DNA of 26,493 bases, taken from assembly GCA_023481335.1 (NCBI GenBank), contig JAMCWI010000102.1, positions 1 to 26,493 on the forward strand, written 5' to 3'. The position numbers were made by a program, and so were the translations under genes. The stretch is from Bacillota bacterium (lineage in GTDB: Bacteria; Bacillota; Desulfotomaculia; Desulfotomaculales; Desulfotomaculaceae). The notes beneath the pieces were generated by a model. The model saw only the letters and a list, made by a program, of their open reading frames with translations. It was not told the origin of the DNA and ran no database searches. Shown one piece after another: positions 8,012 to 17,993 of the stretch (positions are counted from its first letter, which is position 1; each line of letters opens with the position of its first letter).

Positions 8012-8452
8012 CTAAGTTTGTTGCGCTTGCCATACTTCGGGCTTTTGCGCCTGGTGGGGGTGTTCCGGCCCCTTGTACACCTTAAGCTTTTTAGCCATCT
8101 GGGCGCCCAGCCGGGTGTGCGGCAGCATCCCAACGATAGCTTTCTCGACAAGAATTTCCGGCCTGGTTTTCATAACCGTCCCATAGCTTGTCATCTTCAG
8201 GCCGCCGGGGTACAGGGAGTGCCTGATATAGTACTTATTTTGCAGCTTATTGCCGGTGAGGACGATCTTCTCAGCGTTTATCACTATAACGTGGTCCCCG
8301 GTGTCAACATGCGGGGTAAAGTCGGGCTTGTGCTTGCCGCGCAGGATGCGGGCGGCTTCAACGGCCAGCCTGCCCAGCACTTTCCCTTCCCCGTCCAGGA
8401 TGTACCACTTGCGGTCCTTAATATCTTCAGGTCTGGCCATAAAGGACTTCAT
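8012..8452 (-). CDS. rplM: 50S ribosomal protein L13
   Basis: MKSFMA...WYILD...LGRLA...[16 protein letters not shown]; SD AGGAGG. Confidence 0.98.
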   Translation of the reverse strand: MKSFMARPEDIKDRKWYILDGEGKVLGRLAVEAARILRGKHKPDFTPHVDTGDHVIVINAEKIVLTGNKLQNKYYIRHSLYPGGLKMTSYGTVMKTRPEILVEKAIVGMLPHTRLGAQMAKKLKVYKGPEHPHQAQKPEVWQAQQT

Positions 8453-8540
8453 CAATTTTACCTCCTTGCTCTTGGAACAGATACTTACCTGTGGCACGGA
8501 TCTTTAGCGTCCCGGGGCTCGTGGGATGCAAAAAGCCACA
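8453..8540 (-). promoter_or_regulatory. putative L13-S9 leader RNA
   Basis: 5' UTR between the promoter and rplM contains CCCACGAGCCCCGGGA...CCGTG, resembling the Firmicute L13 leader motif (from memory). Confidence 0.55.
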
Positions 8541-8546
8541 TTAAGT

Positions 8547-8575
8547 ATTGTATTACAAAGCTCTGCCAGTGTCAA
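8547..8575 (-). promoter_or_regulatory. sigma-A promoter of rplM-rpsI
   Basis: TTGACA (8575-8570), 17 nt, TACAAT (8552-8547). Confidence 0.9.
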
Positions 8576-8604
8576 GGTTATCCAAACAGCCTCGCAGCTA
8601 TATT

Positions 8605-9360
8605 TTACAGGTTTATGCCGTATTCCACCGACTCCAAGCACAAACCCCGCGCCGGGGCGGTTGGTCCTGCCAGAAGGCTGTTTTTAGACTCCAGAATTTC
8701 TTCCATATCGCCGGGTGACAGTTTGCCCAGCCCAACCCGGATAAGGGTGCCGGCAATCATGCGCGCCATGTGGTAAAGAAAACCGTCCGCCTTAAGTTCA
8801 ACGCGGATAATTTCCCCCTCCCGCCTGACCAAAGCCTTCATCAGGCAGCGAACCGTCGTATTGACCGGCGTTCCCAGCGCGCGAAACGCGGCAAAATCAT
8901 GATTCCCGATTAATTTTTTTACCCCCTCACCCATCGCGTCCACGTCCAGAGACCGCGGTACGTGGTAGCTGTAGAGCCGCCTGAAAGGGGAGGGGACCCG
9001 GCCGTTATAGACAGTATAGCAATAAGTCTTGGCCGCGGCCGAAAACCGGGCGTGGAAACCGGCCGGAACCTCAATCGAGCTTATTGCGGCTATATCGCGC
9101 GGCAAAAGGCTGTTCAGGGCGGGGGCCACCTTTTCCGGCGGCGCCCGCCAGTCGCCGGCATCGAAATTTATGACCTGGCCGCGGGCGTGTACCCCTGAGT
9201 CGGTGCGGCCGGCCCCGAATACCTTTATCTCCTGCCCGGCCAGCCTGGAGAGCCGGTTTTCCAGCACCCCCTGCACTGTTTGAAATTTTGTGCCCCTTTG
9301 TTCCTGGAAGCCGTGGTAGCAGGTGCCGTCATAGGCTACAACGACCTTTATGTTACGCAT
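8605..9360 (-). CDS. truA: tRNA pseudouridine(38-40) synthase
   Basis: AYDGT.YHGFQ, GAGRTDSGVHARGQV, ADGFLYHMARMIAG, AGPTAPARGL. Confidence 0.97.
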   Translation of the reverse strand: MRNIKVVVAYDGTCYHGFQEQRGTKFQTVQGVLENRLSRLAGQEIKVFGAGRTDSGVHARGQVINFDAGDWRAPPEKVAPALNSLLPRDIAAISSIEVPAGFHARFSAAAKTYCYTVYNGRVPSPFRRLYSYHVPRSLDVDAMGEGVKKLIGNHDFAAFRALGTPVNTTVRCLMKALVRREGEIIRVELKADGFLYHMARMIAGTLIRVGLGKLSPGDMEEILESKNSLLAGPTAPARGLCLESVEYGINL

Positions 9361-9376
9361 GTGTTTACCCTAATTT

Positions 9377-9590
9377 GGGGACACTCCCTAATTTGTAATT
9401 TCCTAATTGGGGACATTCTCTCGCTCTTAAATAGGGGACATTCCTTCGCTTGGAGAATTAAACGTGACGCGACCCCACTCCTTGATTCAAGAAAATAAAG
9501 AGTTGGATTACTTAGAAACCAGGAAGGTGTGTCCCCTCACCTTAGCTGGTGTGTCCCCGTACCTTAGCCAGGTGTGTCCCCATTCCTTAG
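9377..9590. repeat. GGGGACA element copy 1 (core 9434-9536) with 3 left units and 3 right units
   Basis: Left units at 9377, 9409, 9434; right units GGTGTGTCCCCnnnCCTTAG at 9526, 9548, 9571; core 97/103 identical to the reverse complement of 22363-22465. Confidence 0.95.
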
Positions 9591-10378
9591 CTCCGGAAGA
9601 ACAGGGCCGCCAGCAGGGAAACCGCTGAAACACCCAAAGTAATATAGTCGGCCCGCCCAAACACCAAACTAAATAACCTGGACCGGTTCGCGTCAGGCCT
9701 GTAACAGCGGGCCTCCATCGCTTCCCCCAGCTCTTCCGCCCGGCGGATAACCTTGGCAAAGAGGGGAACCAAAAGCGGCAAAAGGTATCCGGCCCTGGCC
9801 AAAAACCCGCCGGCCATGCCCGCGCCGCGGGACCGCTGGGCTTTCACCAGCAGCTGCGCCTCGATGAATAGAGTAGGTACAAACCTGAGTGCTATCGACA
9901 TCATCATGGCGATCTCGTGCGCCGGCAGTCCAAGCTTACGCAGGGGGGCAAAGATCGCCTCCAGGCCGGCAGTAAGCTTTATCGGCGGTGTAGTCAGGGT
10001 CAAAAGAGCGGCAACTATGATCAGCGTCACCAGGCGAAAAAAAATCTGGCCGCCCGCTGCCAAACCTTCCGCTGTTATTCTTAGCCCGGCGAGAAAAAAA
10101 AGAGGGTTGCCCGGTGTTAAAAACACCTGCAATAAAAAAGTAAGGGCCAGGATAAGCCAGAACGGCTTCAAAACCCTATAAAATATTGCCGATTTAAATC
10201 CGGATCCGAGGATGCCGGCGGCAACGCAAGCAAAAGTTAACGAGAAGCCCTGCCAGTTGACAGCGGCTAGAGCAATCCAGGAACCGGCGAGTACGATTCC
10301 AATTTTAGTGCGGGGATCCAGGCGGTGCAACAGGGATTCCCCGGGTATAAACTGGCCGAATACTATGGAAGACAACAA
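9587..10378 (-). CDS. ecfT: ECF transporter transmembrane component
   Basis: GQFIPGESLLHRLDPRTK, MMSIALRFVPTL, AQRSRG, AMEARCY. Confidence 0.96.
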   Translation of the reverse strand: MLSSIVFGQFIPGESLLHRLDPRTKIGIVLAGSWIALAAVNWQGFSLTFACVAAGILGSGFKSAIFYRVLKPFWLILALTFLLQVFLTPGNPLFFLAGLRITAEGLAAGGQIFFRLVTLIIVAALLTLTTPPIKLTAGLEAIFAPLRKLGLPAHEIAMMMSIALRFVPTLFIEAQLLVKAQRSRGAGMAGGFLARAGYLLPLLVPLFAKVIRRAEELGEAMEARCYRPDANRSRLFSLVFGRADYITLGVSAVSLLAALFFRS

Positions 10379-10418
10379 AATTTATCCCTGTCCTTTTTAA
10401 ATGGGGTCAGGCTTTACT

Positions 10419-11309
10419 TTACTTTCTAATCATACCGGCAATCTCCTCCACGGCTTCGTCCAGGGTGAGAATGTCCGTGCGCACAGGCTTCCCCGCCTCA
10501 GAGAGCGCGCGCATCATCGCGGCCGCGGCCGGCAGATCGAGCCCGGCTTCCCTTATCTCGGATAAGCAGGTAAAGACTTCACGCGGCTCACCCTCTTTGA
10601 GCAGGCGCCCCCGGCAAAGCACGGCCATTCTTGTGGCCACCCGCGCCACCTCTTCCATGTCGTGGGTCACCAGGATCACCGTAACGCCCCGTTCCCGCCT
10701 GAGACCTTCGATAATGTCAAAAACGGCTCGCCTGCCGGAGGGATCGAGGCCGGCGGTAGGCTCGTCCATAACCAGCACCTGCGGTCGCATTGCCAGCACC
10801 CCGGCTATGGCCACCCGGCGGCGCTGACCGCCGCTCAAGGCGAAGGGGGATATATCCCTCACTTCGGCCGGATTCAGCCCGGACCGGGTGAGCGATTCAC
10901 AAACCCGCTCCTCTACTTCCTGCGCGCTTAAGCCCATATTTTTCGGGCCAAAAGCAACTTCATCAAATATCGTCTCAGCGAACACCTGCTGCTCTGGCTG
11001 CTGGAAAACCAGCCCGACTTCCCGCCATAAACTGCTTCTTACTCGCCTGTCCGCGGTATCAAGCCCCAGAACCGATACTCTCCCGGCGGAAGGTTTTAAA
11101 AGGCCGTTAAAATGCTGTACCAGTGTTGATTTCCCGGACCCGGTGGCGCCGGCAACGGCATAAAGTTCCCCGGCCATTATTTCCAGGGAGATTTCCTCCA
11201 GGGCGGCAAATTCAAAAGGGGTTCCTGGAGAGTATATGTAAGTTAAGTTTTCCACTTTAACTGCAGGCCCGTCGCTCCTGCCGCCCTGCCGTCCTGTGAT
11301 CACCGGCAT
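10419..11309 (-). CDS. ecfA2: ECF transporter ATPase 2
   Basis: YSPGTPFE, GATGSGKST, LVFQQPEQQ, LSGGQRRR, DEPTAGLD, VTHDM. Confidence 0.96.
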   Translation of the reverse strand: MPVITGRQGGRSDGPAVKVENLTYIYSPGTPFEFAALEEISLEIMAGELYAVAGATGSGKSTLVQHFNGLLKPSAGRVSVLGLDTADRRVRSSLWREVGLVFQQPEQQVFAETIFDEVAFGPKNMGLSAQEVEERVCESLTRSGLNPAEVRDISPFALSGGQRRRVAIAGVLAMRPQVLVMDEPTAGLDPSGRRAVFDIIEGLRRERGVTVILVTHDMEEVARVATRMAVLCRGRLLKEGEPREVFTCLSEIREAGLDLPAAAAMMRALSEAGKPVRTDILTLDEAVEEIAGMIRK

Positions 11310-12133
11310 AGAAAGTTTACCATGTCCGTCACCGTTAAAATTCCATCCGGTACCGGGAGACCCCGCCTTTTCAGCCTACGGGCTAAACTGGCGGCAGCGG
11401 GCAAATCCAACCCCAGGCGTAAGACTTCGTCTTCCCGGAAAAAAACTTCGCGCGGCGAGCCGCAGAGGGCGATCCTGCCGCGGTCGAGGACCAGCACGCG
11501 TCCGGCCTGCGCGGCTTCTTCCATAAAATGAGTGACAAGGAGCACGGTAATCCCCTCTTCCCGGTTCAGCCTTGCCAGTGTTTTCATGAGAGATCGGCGG
11601 CCCCGGGGGTCGAGCATTGAAGTGGGCTCATCGAGCAGGATGCAGGATGGGCGCATGGCCAGCACGCCGGCCACCGCCAGGCGTATTTTAAGCCCGCCGG
11701 ACAGTAAATGCGGCGGGCGGCGCCGGTGTTCTGCGAGCCCGGCAAGGGAAAGGGCCTCATCCACCCTCTCCCGGACCTCATCAGGCGGCAGGCCGAGGTT
11801 TTCGGGGCCGAAGGCCACGTCCTCCTCCACCAGTGCGCTGACTATCTGGTTGTCCGGGTTCTGAAAGACCATCCCCACCTGCCGGCGAATTTCCCACCTG
11901 CACTCTTCCCTCAGTGTGTTCAGGCCATTCACAAGGACATTTCCTTCATCGGGCAGCAGCAAAGCGTTTATAAGGCGGGCAAGGGTTGACTTACCGGATC
12001 CGTTCGGCCCGATTACAGCCAGAAATTCCCCCCGGGAGACTGACAGGTCAATTCCGGACAGGGCCTGCCGCTCGCCCGCAGTCCCCTTCCCATACACGTA
12101 AGTGAGGCCTTTAACTTCAATAAAAACCTCCAA
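11300..12133 (-). CDS. ecfA1: ECF transporter ATPase 1
   Basis: GPNGSGKST, VFQNPDNQIV, LSGGLKIR (atypical signature), DEPTSMLD, VTHFM. Confidence 0.95.
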   Translation of the reverse strand: MEVFIEVKGLTYVYGKGTAGERQALSGIDLSVSRGEFLAVIGPNGSGKSTLARLINALLLPDEGNVLVNGLNTLREECRWEIRRQVGMVFQNPDNQIVSALVEEDVAFGPENLGLPPDEVRERVDEALSLAGLAEHRRRPPHLLSGGLKIRLAVAGVLAMRPSCILLDEPTSMLDPRGRRSLMKTLARLNREEGITVLLVTHFMEEAAQAGRVLVLDRGRIALCGSPREVFFREDEVLRLGLDLPAAASLARRLKRRGLPVPDGILTVTDMVNFLCR

Positions 12134-12472
12134 CTACACAAGCTCCAGGATTACCATCTCAGCCGCGTCGCCGCGGCGGTGCCCGACCTTTATGATCCTG
12201 GTGTAACCGCCCGGGCGGCCGGCATACTGCGGGGCTATCTTATCAAAAAGCTTCCGCACGACGTCTTCTTCAAATACATAGGCCAGCACCTGGCGGCGTG
12301 CCGCCAGATCACCGCTTTTGGCCTTGGTGACCAGTCTCTCCGCAATGCTTTTAACTTCTTTGGCCCTGGCCTCGGTGGTGTTGATCCGCTCGTCGCGGAA
12401 AAGTGAAGTAACCAGGTTGCGCAGCATTGCTTTTCTGTGCCCGGTATTGATCCCCAGTCTCTGGTAGCCCAT
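12134..12472 (-). CDS. rplQ: 50S ribosomal protein L17
   Basis: [14 protein letters not shown]...GGYTRIIK...RRGDAAEM. Confidence 0.98.
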   Translation of the reverse strand: MGYQRLGINTGHRKAMLRNLVTSLFRDERINTTEARAKEVKSIAERLVTKAKSGDLAARRQVLAYVFEEDVVRKLFDKIAPQYAGRPGGYTRIIKVGHRRGDAAEMVILELV

Positions 12473-12487
12473 CTTTACGTCCCTCCC

Positions 12488-13429
12488 TTACTCGTCGTCT
12501 TTTCTAAGCGAGAGGCCCAGCTCGTTCAGTTTATTTATTACTTCTTCAAGGGATTTTTTCCCCAGGTTGCGCACTTTCATCATGTCTTCTTCGTTTTTCT
12601 GGATCAGTTCCTCTACGGTGTTGATGCCGGCACGCTTAAGGCAATTGTAAGAGCGGACAGACAGGTCAAGTTCCTCGATAGTCATTTCAAGAATTTTGTC
12701 CTTTTGCTCTTCCGGCTTCTCTACCATTATCTCCATATCGTCCACAGATTCAGTCAGTTCAATAAAACGGCGCAAGTACTCGCTTAAAATTTTGGCGGAA
12801 AGGCTTGTGGCCTCGTCCGGCCTGATGCTGCCGTCGGTCCACACCTCAAGAGTCAGCTTGTCGTAGTCGGTGATCTGGCCGACCCGGGTGTTTTCTACAT
12901 TGAAATTAACCTTCTGTACCGGAGTAAAAACAGAGTCAACCGGGATTACGCCGATAATGTGATCCCCTTTTTTGTTCCTTTCAGCCGGGACGTAACCCCT
13001 TCCCCTGGACACGGTCAGTTCCATAAAGAGCCTTGAGTTGCTCGCCAGGGTGGCGATAGCCTGGTCCGGGTTAAGGATTTCAACGTCGGCGTCATGAATG
13101 ATGTCTTTGGCCAGCACAATGCCTTCGCCGGTGGTCTCTATCCGTAAGACCTTCTCTTCATCCCCGTAAAGCTTAAAGCGGATGTTTTTCAAGTTTAAAA
13201 TTATATCGGTAACATCCTCGACTACACCCGGTATGGTCGAGAACTCGTGCAACACCCCGTCTATTTTGACAGAGGTGACTGCTGCCCCGGGCAGGGATGA
13301 AAGAAGGATACGGCGCAGCGAATTGCCGAGAGTGATGCCGTATCCGCGCTCGAGCGGCTCGACAACAAACCGGCCATAATTTTCGTTGACCTCTTCAGGC
13401 AATACTTTGGGCTTTTCTATTTCAAGCAT
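12488..13429 (-). CDS. rpoA: RNA polymerase alpha subunit
   Basis: [25 protein letters not shown]...[18 protein letters not shown]. Confidence 0.99.
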   Translation of the reverse strand: MLEIEKPKVLPEEVNENYGRFVVEPLERGYGITLGNSLRRILLSSLPGAAVTSVKIDGVLHEFSTIPGVVEDVTDIILNLKNIRFKLYGDEEKVLRIETTGEGIVLAKDIIHDADVEILNPDQAIATLASNSRLFMELTVSRGRGYVPAERNKKGDHIIGVIPVDSVFTPVQKVNFNVENTRVGQITDYDKLTLEVWTDGSIRPDEATSLSAKILSEYLRRFIELTESVDDMEIMVEKPEEQKDKILEMTIEELDLSVRSYNCLKRAGINTVEELIQKNEEDMMKVRNLGKKSLEEVINKLNELGLSLRKDDE

Positions 13430-13471
13430 AATGAATCCCTCCTTACCAGCGAAACCGGCATCACACGAGAC

Positions 13472-14098
13472 CTACCTGGAATATAGTTCAACAATAAGGT
13501 GCTCCCGGACGGGGGCATCAATTTGATCCCTGGTGGGGAGTGCTATTACCCTTCCCCTGCCCTGTTCGGCCTCGGCTTCGAGCCAGGCCGGGGGGATCCT
13601 GTCAGACGCCCTTTCGAGCAACTCCTTGATCCTGGGAGAGCCCTTGCTTTTTTCCCGTACCGCCACCACATCGCCGGCACGAAGAAGGAACGAAGGAATG
13701 TTGACTTTGCGCCCGTTAACCGTAAAGTGGCCGTGGCGCACGAGCTGCCTGGCCTCATTGCGGGATGCGCCCAACCCCAGGCGAAATACCACGTTATCCA
13801 AACGCCTTTCCAAAAGGAGCAAAAGATTTTCACCGGTAACGCCCTGCTGGCGCTCCGCTTTTTCAAAATAGCGGCGGAACTGCCCTTCCAGGACGCCGTA
13901 TATGCGGCGTACTTTTTGCTTTTCTCTCAACTGTACCCCGTACTCCGAGGTTTTTTTGCGGCCCTGCCCATGCTGGCCCGGCACGTATGCCCGGCGGTCG
14001 ACGGCGCACTTCTGAGTGTAGCAGCGGTCGCCTTTCAAATAAAGTTTCAGACCTTCACGGCGGCAAAGCCGGCAAACCGATTCGGTATATCTTGCCAA
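13472..14098 (-). CDS. rpsD: 30S ribosomal protein S4
   Basis: [16 protein letters not shown]...[12 protein letters not shown]...[11 protein letters not shown]. Confidence 0.99.
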   Translation of the reverse strand: MARYTESVCRLCRREGLKLYLKGDRCYTQKCAVDRRAYVPGQHGQGRKKTSEYGVQLREKQKVRRIYGVLEGQFRRYFEKAERQQGVTGENLLLLLERRLDNVVFRLGLGASRNEARQLVRHGHFTVNGRKVNIPSFLLRAGDVVAVREKSKGSPRIKELLERASDRIPPAWLEAEAEQGRGRVIALPTRDQIDAPVREHLIVELYSR

Positions 14099-14115
14099 AT
14101 GCAGCGCACCTCCTA

Positions 14116-14505
14116 TTAAACTCTCCGGCGCTTGGGCGGCCGGCAGCCGTTATGTGGGATGGGCGTAACGTCCTTGATCAGGCTAACTTCCAGTCCGACG
14201 GCCTGGAGGGAACGAATGGCGGCTTCCCGGCCTGCGCCGGGCCCCTTCACCATAACCTCTACTTCTTTTAAACCGTGCTCCATCGCCTCTTTAGCCGCAT
14301 TTTCAGCCGCCATCTGGGCGGCAAAGGGCGTGCTTTTACGGGAGCCCTTAAAACCGACCTGCCCGGCACTCGACCAGGATAACGTATTCCCTTTGTTGTC
14401 GGTAATGGTTATCACGGTATTATTAAAGGTCGACTTGATATGGGCCACGCCGAATTCAATGTTCTTGCGCTCGCGCTTTTTAGTCCTGGTTGTACGACGC
14501 GCCAT
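14116..14505 (-). CDS. rpsK: 30S ribosomal protein S11
   Basis: HIKSTFNNT...[14 protein letters not shown]...[15 protein letters not shown]. Confidence 0.99.
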   Translation of the reverse strand: MARRTTRTKKRERKNIEFGVAHIKSTFNNTVITITDNKGNTLSWSSAGQVGFKGSRKSTPFAAQMAAENAAKEAMEHGLKEVEVMVKGPGAGREAAIRSLQAVGLEVSLIKDVTPIPHNGCRPPKRRRV

Positions 14506-14524
14506 TAAATTACCTCCTTATTAA

Positions 14525-14896
14525 CTATTTTTTCCTGCGGATACCCACGGTCTTACGAGGCCCTTTACGGGTCCTGGCGTTGGTCTTGGTGCGCTGGCCG
14601 CGCACCGGCATCCCGCGCCGGTGCCGCAAACCACGGTAACAACCGATTTCAATTAATCGCTTTATATTTAAAGCAATTTCCCGGCGCAGGTCACCTTCGA
14701 CCTTGTAGTTCTTTTCGATAGCATCTCTCAGCCTGGTGATCTCTTCCTCGGTCAGGTTCCTGACCCGGGTATCGATATTTATTCCGGTCTTGACCAAAAT
14801 TTTTTGAGATGTGGGCTTGCCGATACCGTAAATGTAGGTGAGGGCGATTTCTACCCGCTTATCCCTTGGCAGGTCTACGCCTGCGATACGTGCCAT
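14525..14896 (-). CDS. rpsM: 30S ribosomal protein S13
   Basis: [10 protein letters not shown]...[25 protein letters not shown]. Confidence 0.99.
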   Translation of the reverse strand: MARIAGVDLPRDKRVEIALTYIYGIGKPTSQKILVKTGINIDTRVRNLTEEEITRLRDAIEKNYKVEGDLRREIALNIKRLIEIGCYRGLRHRRGMPVRGQRTKTNARTRKGPRKTVGIRRKK

Positions 14897-14919
14897 TTAT
14901 TATTTAACACCTCCCTGGT

Positions 14920-15033
14920 TTACCCCTGAACCTGCTTGTGTTTGGGATTATCACATATTATCATAACTTTGCCCTTCCTGCGGATGATCTTGCATTTTTC
15001 GCACATAGGCCTAACGGATGGCCTTACTTTCAC
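14920..15033 (-). CDS. rpmJ: 50S ribosomal protein L36 (37 aa, not in ORF track)
   Basis: [39 protein letters not shown], translated by hand; SD GGAGG. Confidence 0.97.
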   Translation of the reverse strand: MKVRPSVRPMCEKCKIIRRKGKVMIICDNPKHKQVQG

Positions 15034-15049
15034 CGTCATAACCTCCAGT

Positions 15050-15288
15050 TTGGTGGTTGGTGGTTGGTCGTTGGGATAATCCAACTCCGCTGCCACAAAC
15101 CAATTTATAATTTAAAACTGTTAGTCATTGGTACGTGAAAAACGGTTTACCGAATTTTTTATCCACCAACCACTAACTACTATTAGATCGTTCGTCGCGG
15201 GTCGTTAGTCGTCAGGCCTTCTTATTGAAATTCACCTTTGGCGAATTTCCTCTTTTCCCAACCACCAACCACTAACCACCAGCCACTA
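15050..15288. repeat. compound inverted heptamer-array element between infA and rpmJ
   Basis: (TTGGTGG)n 15050-15074, (CCACyAA)n 15163-15182, (TCGTTmG)n 15188-15215, hairpin GAAATTCACC-TTT-GGCGAATTTC 15227-15249, (CCAACCA)n 15258-15288. Confidence 0.9.
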
Positions 15289-15504
15289 TTTATATCGGTA
15301 CACAATCCGGCCCCGGCTTAGATCATATGGAGATAATTCAACCATCACCCGGTCTCCGGCCAGGATCCGGATAAAATTCATCCTGATCTTACCTGAAACG
15401 TGGGCCAGCACTTTGTGTCCATTTTGCAGTTCTACCCGGAACATTGCGTTGGGCAACGGCTCAATCACAGTACCTTCAACTTCAATTACGTCCTGCTTTG
15501 ACAT
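15286..15504 (-). CDS. infA: translation initiation factor IF-1
   Basis: [11 protein letters not shown]...[15 protein letters not shown]...GRIVYRYK. Confidence 0.98.
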   Translation of the reverse strand: MSKQDVIEVEGTVIEPLPNAMFRVELQNGHKVLAHVSGKIRMNFIRILAGDRVMVELSPYDLSRGRIVYRYK

Positions 15505-15540
15505 TAGGAACCCTTCCAACCTCCTTAAAAATAATTATGT

Positions 15541-15873
15541 TCACTCTTGAAGAATATCGAGTAAAGTCTTTATTGCCTTCCGAACATCTGCGTTAGATAA
15601 ATTTTTACCGGAACCCGCCTTATCCGCCACTTCAACGGCAAGCGAATTATAAAATTTTAAGTGCCTCAAGTTCTTTTTCTTGGGTTTTTCCACTTTTCGC
15701 TCTTCTCCGTCAGCGACATAGACCATCGTGCCACTTTCAGTTCCAACCACCAGGTAGAACTTGCCGCTGTCGCGGCCCTGGGTTGAACAAACCAGGCGTC
15801 CAATACAGTAGTCGGTAGTCGGTTGTTGGTTGTCGGAGCTACTGTGACTACCAACACGTATTGCAGATCCCAC
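15541..15873 (-). CDS. KOW-domain RNA-binding protein (L14e-like) with repeat-derived N-terminal extension
   Basis: IGRLVCSTQGRDSGKFYLVVG...ADGEERKVEKPKKKNLRHL; usual position between map and infA; SD AAGGAGTG before GTG 15873. Confidence 0.85.
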   Translation of the reverse strand: MGSAIRVGSHSSSDNQQPTTDYCIGRLVCSTQGRDSGKFYLVVGTESGTMVYVADGEERKVEKPKKKNLRHLKFYNSLAVEVADKAGSGKNLSNADVRKAIKTLLDILQE

Positions 15874-15966
15874 TGTATTTCACTCCTTTACCCGCAAGCA
15901 ACAACTTCGCGGGCAAGCAACATTAATTAAAATCTGACTACTGACTACTCACTACTGACTACCGCT
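15806..15966. repeat. inverted heptamer-array element (TAGTCAG type) spanning the map 3' end and KOW 5' end
   Basis: CAGTAGTCGGTAGTCGGTTGTTGGTTGTCGG (15806-15836) versus (CTGACTA)x4 (15934-15961). Confidence 0.85.
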
Positions 15967-16726
15967 CCGGCCGCCGGCGATTTATTTGTGTCAATATCTC
16001 CGGTTCGCCACCGGTAATAACAACAGTATGTTCAAAATGGGCTGAAAGCTTATTGTCTAAAGTTACCACCGTCCAGTTGTTCGAAAGAGTCCGCACTTCA
16101 TAAGTGCCCATATTAATCATTGGTTCGATTGCTAATGTCATGCCCTCTTTCAGCCTGGGCCCACGCCCCGGCTTGCCGAAGTTCGGCACCTGCGGCTCTT
16201 CATGCATGCTGCTGCCTATGCCGTGCCCTACGTAATCCCGCACAACCGAGAATCCACTCTTTTCGGCATGCGATTGGATCGCGTACGATATATCGGAAAG
16301 CCTGTTTTCTGCCCTGGCGCGGTCGATACCGAGGTACAGCGCTTCTTCAGTCACCCCGATCAGGCGCATGGCCTCGCTGCTCACATCACCAACCGGAAAG
16401 GTAATCGCGCTGTCACCATAATATCCATTTATTTCCGCCCCCAGGTCAATACTGATAATATCTCCATCCTTTAGTTTTCTTAAACCGGGTATACCGTGCA
16501 CCACTTCCTCATTCAACGAAGCGCAGATGGTAGCCGGGAAACCGTAGAGCCCCTTGAAGGCCGGCCTGGCCCCCTTGCTTATTATAAAGTCCTCGGCCAA
16601 AAGGTCAAGTTCTCCGGTGGAAATCCCCACCTTGACTGACCTTTCAAGTTCGGCAAAAGTTTCGGCCACCACCCGCCCGGCATCCCTCATGTAAGAAAGT
16701 TCCCGCTCGGACTTGCAGATAATCAT
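15959..16726 (-). CDS. map: methionine aminopeptidase type I
   Basis: [49 protein letters not shown]. Confidence 0.98.
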   Translation of the reverse strand: MIICKSERELSYMRDAGRVVAETFAELERSVKVGISTGELDLLAEDFIISKGARPAFKGLYGFPATICASLNEEVVHGIPGLRKLKDGDIISIDLGAEINGYYGDSAITFPVGDVSSEAMRLIGVTEEALYLGIDRARAENRLSDISYAIQSHAEKSGFSVVRDYVGHGIGSSMHEEPQVPNFGKPGRGPRLKEGMTLAIEPMINMGTYEVRTLSNNWTVVTLDNKLSAHFEHTVVITGGEPEILTQINRRRPER

Positions 16727-16733
16727 AGCCCAC

Positions 16734-17993
16734 CTACTTAATAAAGCCCTGGTAACTGCGCATTAAGAGATGCGACTCTACCTGCTTCATTGTATCCAGC
16801 GCCACGCCGACCACAATCAAAAGGGACGTGCCGCCGAAATAGATATTCGGAATTCTGGTGGCCAGGAGCACAAAGTTCGGCAGGATGGCAATAAGCGCTA
16901 AAAATATCGCCCCGGCCAGGGTAACTTTTGTCATTACCCGGCTGATATATTCCGCCGTCGGCCGCCCCGGCCTTAAGCCCGGGATAAAGCCGCCGTACTT
17001 TTTGATGTTGTCGGCAACATCTACCGGGTTCATTATAACCGCCGTATAAAAATATGTGAAACCGATAATCAAAAGAGCATATAACATTGTATGGACTACT
17101 GAGCCCCAACCGAACCACCTGGAGTAAAAAGCGGCAACCGGGCTATTGGTGAACATATTGGCAATGGTTTCAGGAAACATCAAAAGGGACGAAGCGAATA
17201 TAATCGGTATAACCCCGGCCTGGTTCACCCTGAGCGGCAGGTGGGTGGTCTGCCCGCCGTAAACCCGGCGCCCCACCACGCGCTTGGCGTACTGCACCGG
17301 TATGCGCCGCTGGCCTTCCTGCACCGCCACCACGCCGGCAATGACCAGCGCTCCGATCACCACCAGAATCAAAAGGCTGAATATGTTAATGGTGCCGGCG
17401 TTAAGATACTCCACCATCCTGGCAGCGCCCTGCGGCACCCGCGAAACAATGCCGGCAAAAATCAAAAGGGAAATACCGTTACCGATCCCCTTCTCAGTGA
17501 TCTGCTCGCCCAGCCACATCAAAAAAGTTGTCCCAGCGGTAATGGTTATGGCGGTCATGATATAAGTGGCTACACTCGGGTTTATAAGTGAGCCCTTGAC
17601 CCCGATCACCACGCCAAGGCCCTGGATAAAGGCCAGCACGACAGTAAGGTATCGAACGTACTGGCTAATCTTTTTCCTGCCCTCTTCGCCTTCCTTGGCA
17701 AGCCGCTCAAGGTGCGGTATCACTATTTGCAATAGCTGCATGATGATGGATGCGTTGATGTAGGGCATTATGCCCATGGCGAAAACGGAAAATTTCTTTA
17801 AGGCGCCGCCGGAAATAACATCAAAGAAGCCGAAGATAAGCCCGCTGTTGACCAGGTCCGCAAACACATCCGGGTTGATTCCCGGCACAGGTATATGTGC
17901 GCCAAGCCGGAAAACAAAAATCATCCCGAGGGTAAACAGTATCTTCGTCCTGAGCTCCGTAACTTTTACGGCACTCTTCAAGCTTTCCAGCAA
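16734..17993 (-). CDS. secY: preprotein translocase subunit SecY
   Basis: [61 protein letters not shown]. Confidence 0.99.
   Translation of the reverse strand: MLESLKSAVKVTELRTKILFTLGMIFVFRLGAHIPVPGINPDVFADLVNSGLIFGFFDVISGGALKKFSVFAMGIMPYINASIIMQLLQIVIPHLERLAKEGEEGRKKISQYVRYLTVVLAFIQGLGVVIGVKGSLINPSVATYIMTAITITAGTTFLMWLGEQITEKGIGNGISLLIFAGIVSRVPQGAARMVEYLNAGTINIFSLLILVVIGALVIAGVVAVQEGQRRIPVQYAKRVVGRRVYGGQTTHLPLRVNQAGVIPIIFASSLLMFPETIANMFTNSPVAAFYSRWFGWGSVVHTMLYALLIIGFTYFYTAVIMNPVDVADNIKKYGGFIPGLRPGRPTAEYISRVMTKVTLAGAIFLALIAILPNFVLLATRIPNIYFGGTSLLIVVGVALDTMKQVESHLLMRSYQGFIK

Noticed and set aside
9434-9536. Open frame (GDTPSWFLSNPTLYF...KECP) shared by the three 103-bp copies
   Set aside because: No start or SD, and differences between copies are as often non-synonymous as synonymous.
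9377-9590. CRISPR-like reading of the GGGGACA tandem units (also 19167-19411)
   Set aside because: Units are separated by only 2-3 nt or by related sequence, occur in inverted sets, and no cas genes are present.
13472-14098. rpsD inside the alpha operon; zinc-type S14 and L36
   Set aside because: Normal for Clostridia and many other bacteria; useful only as a taxonomic hint.
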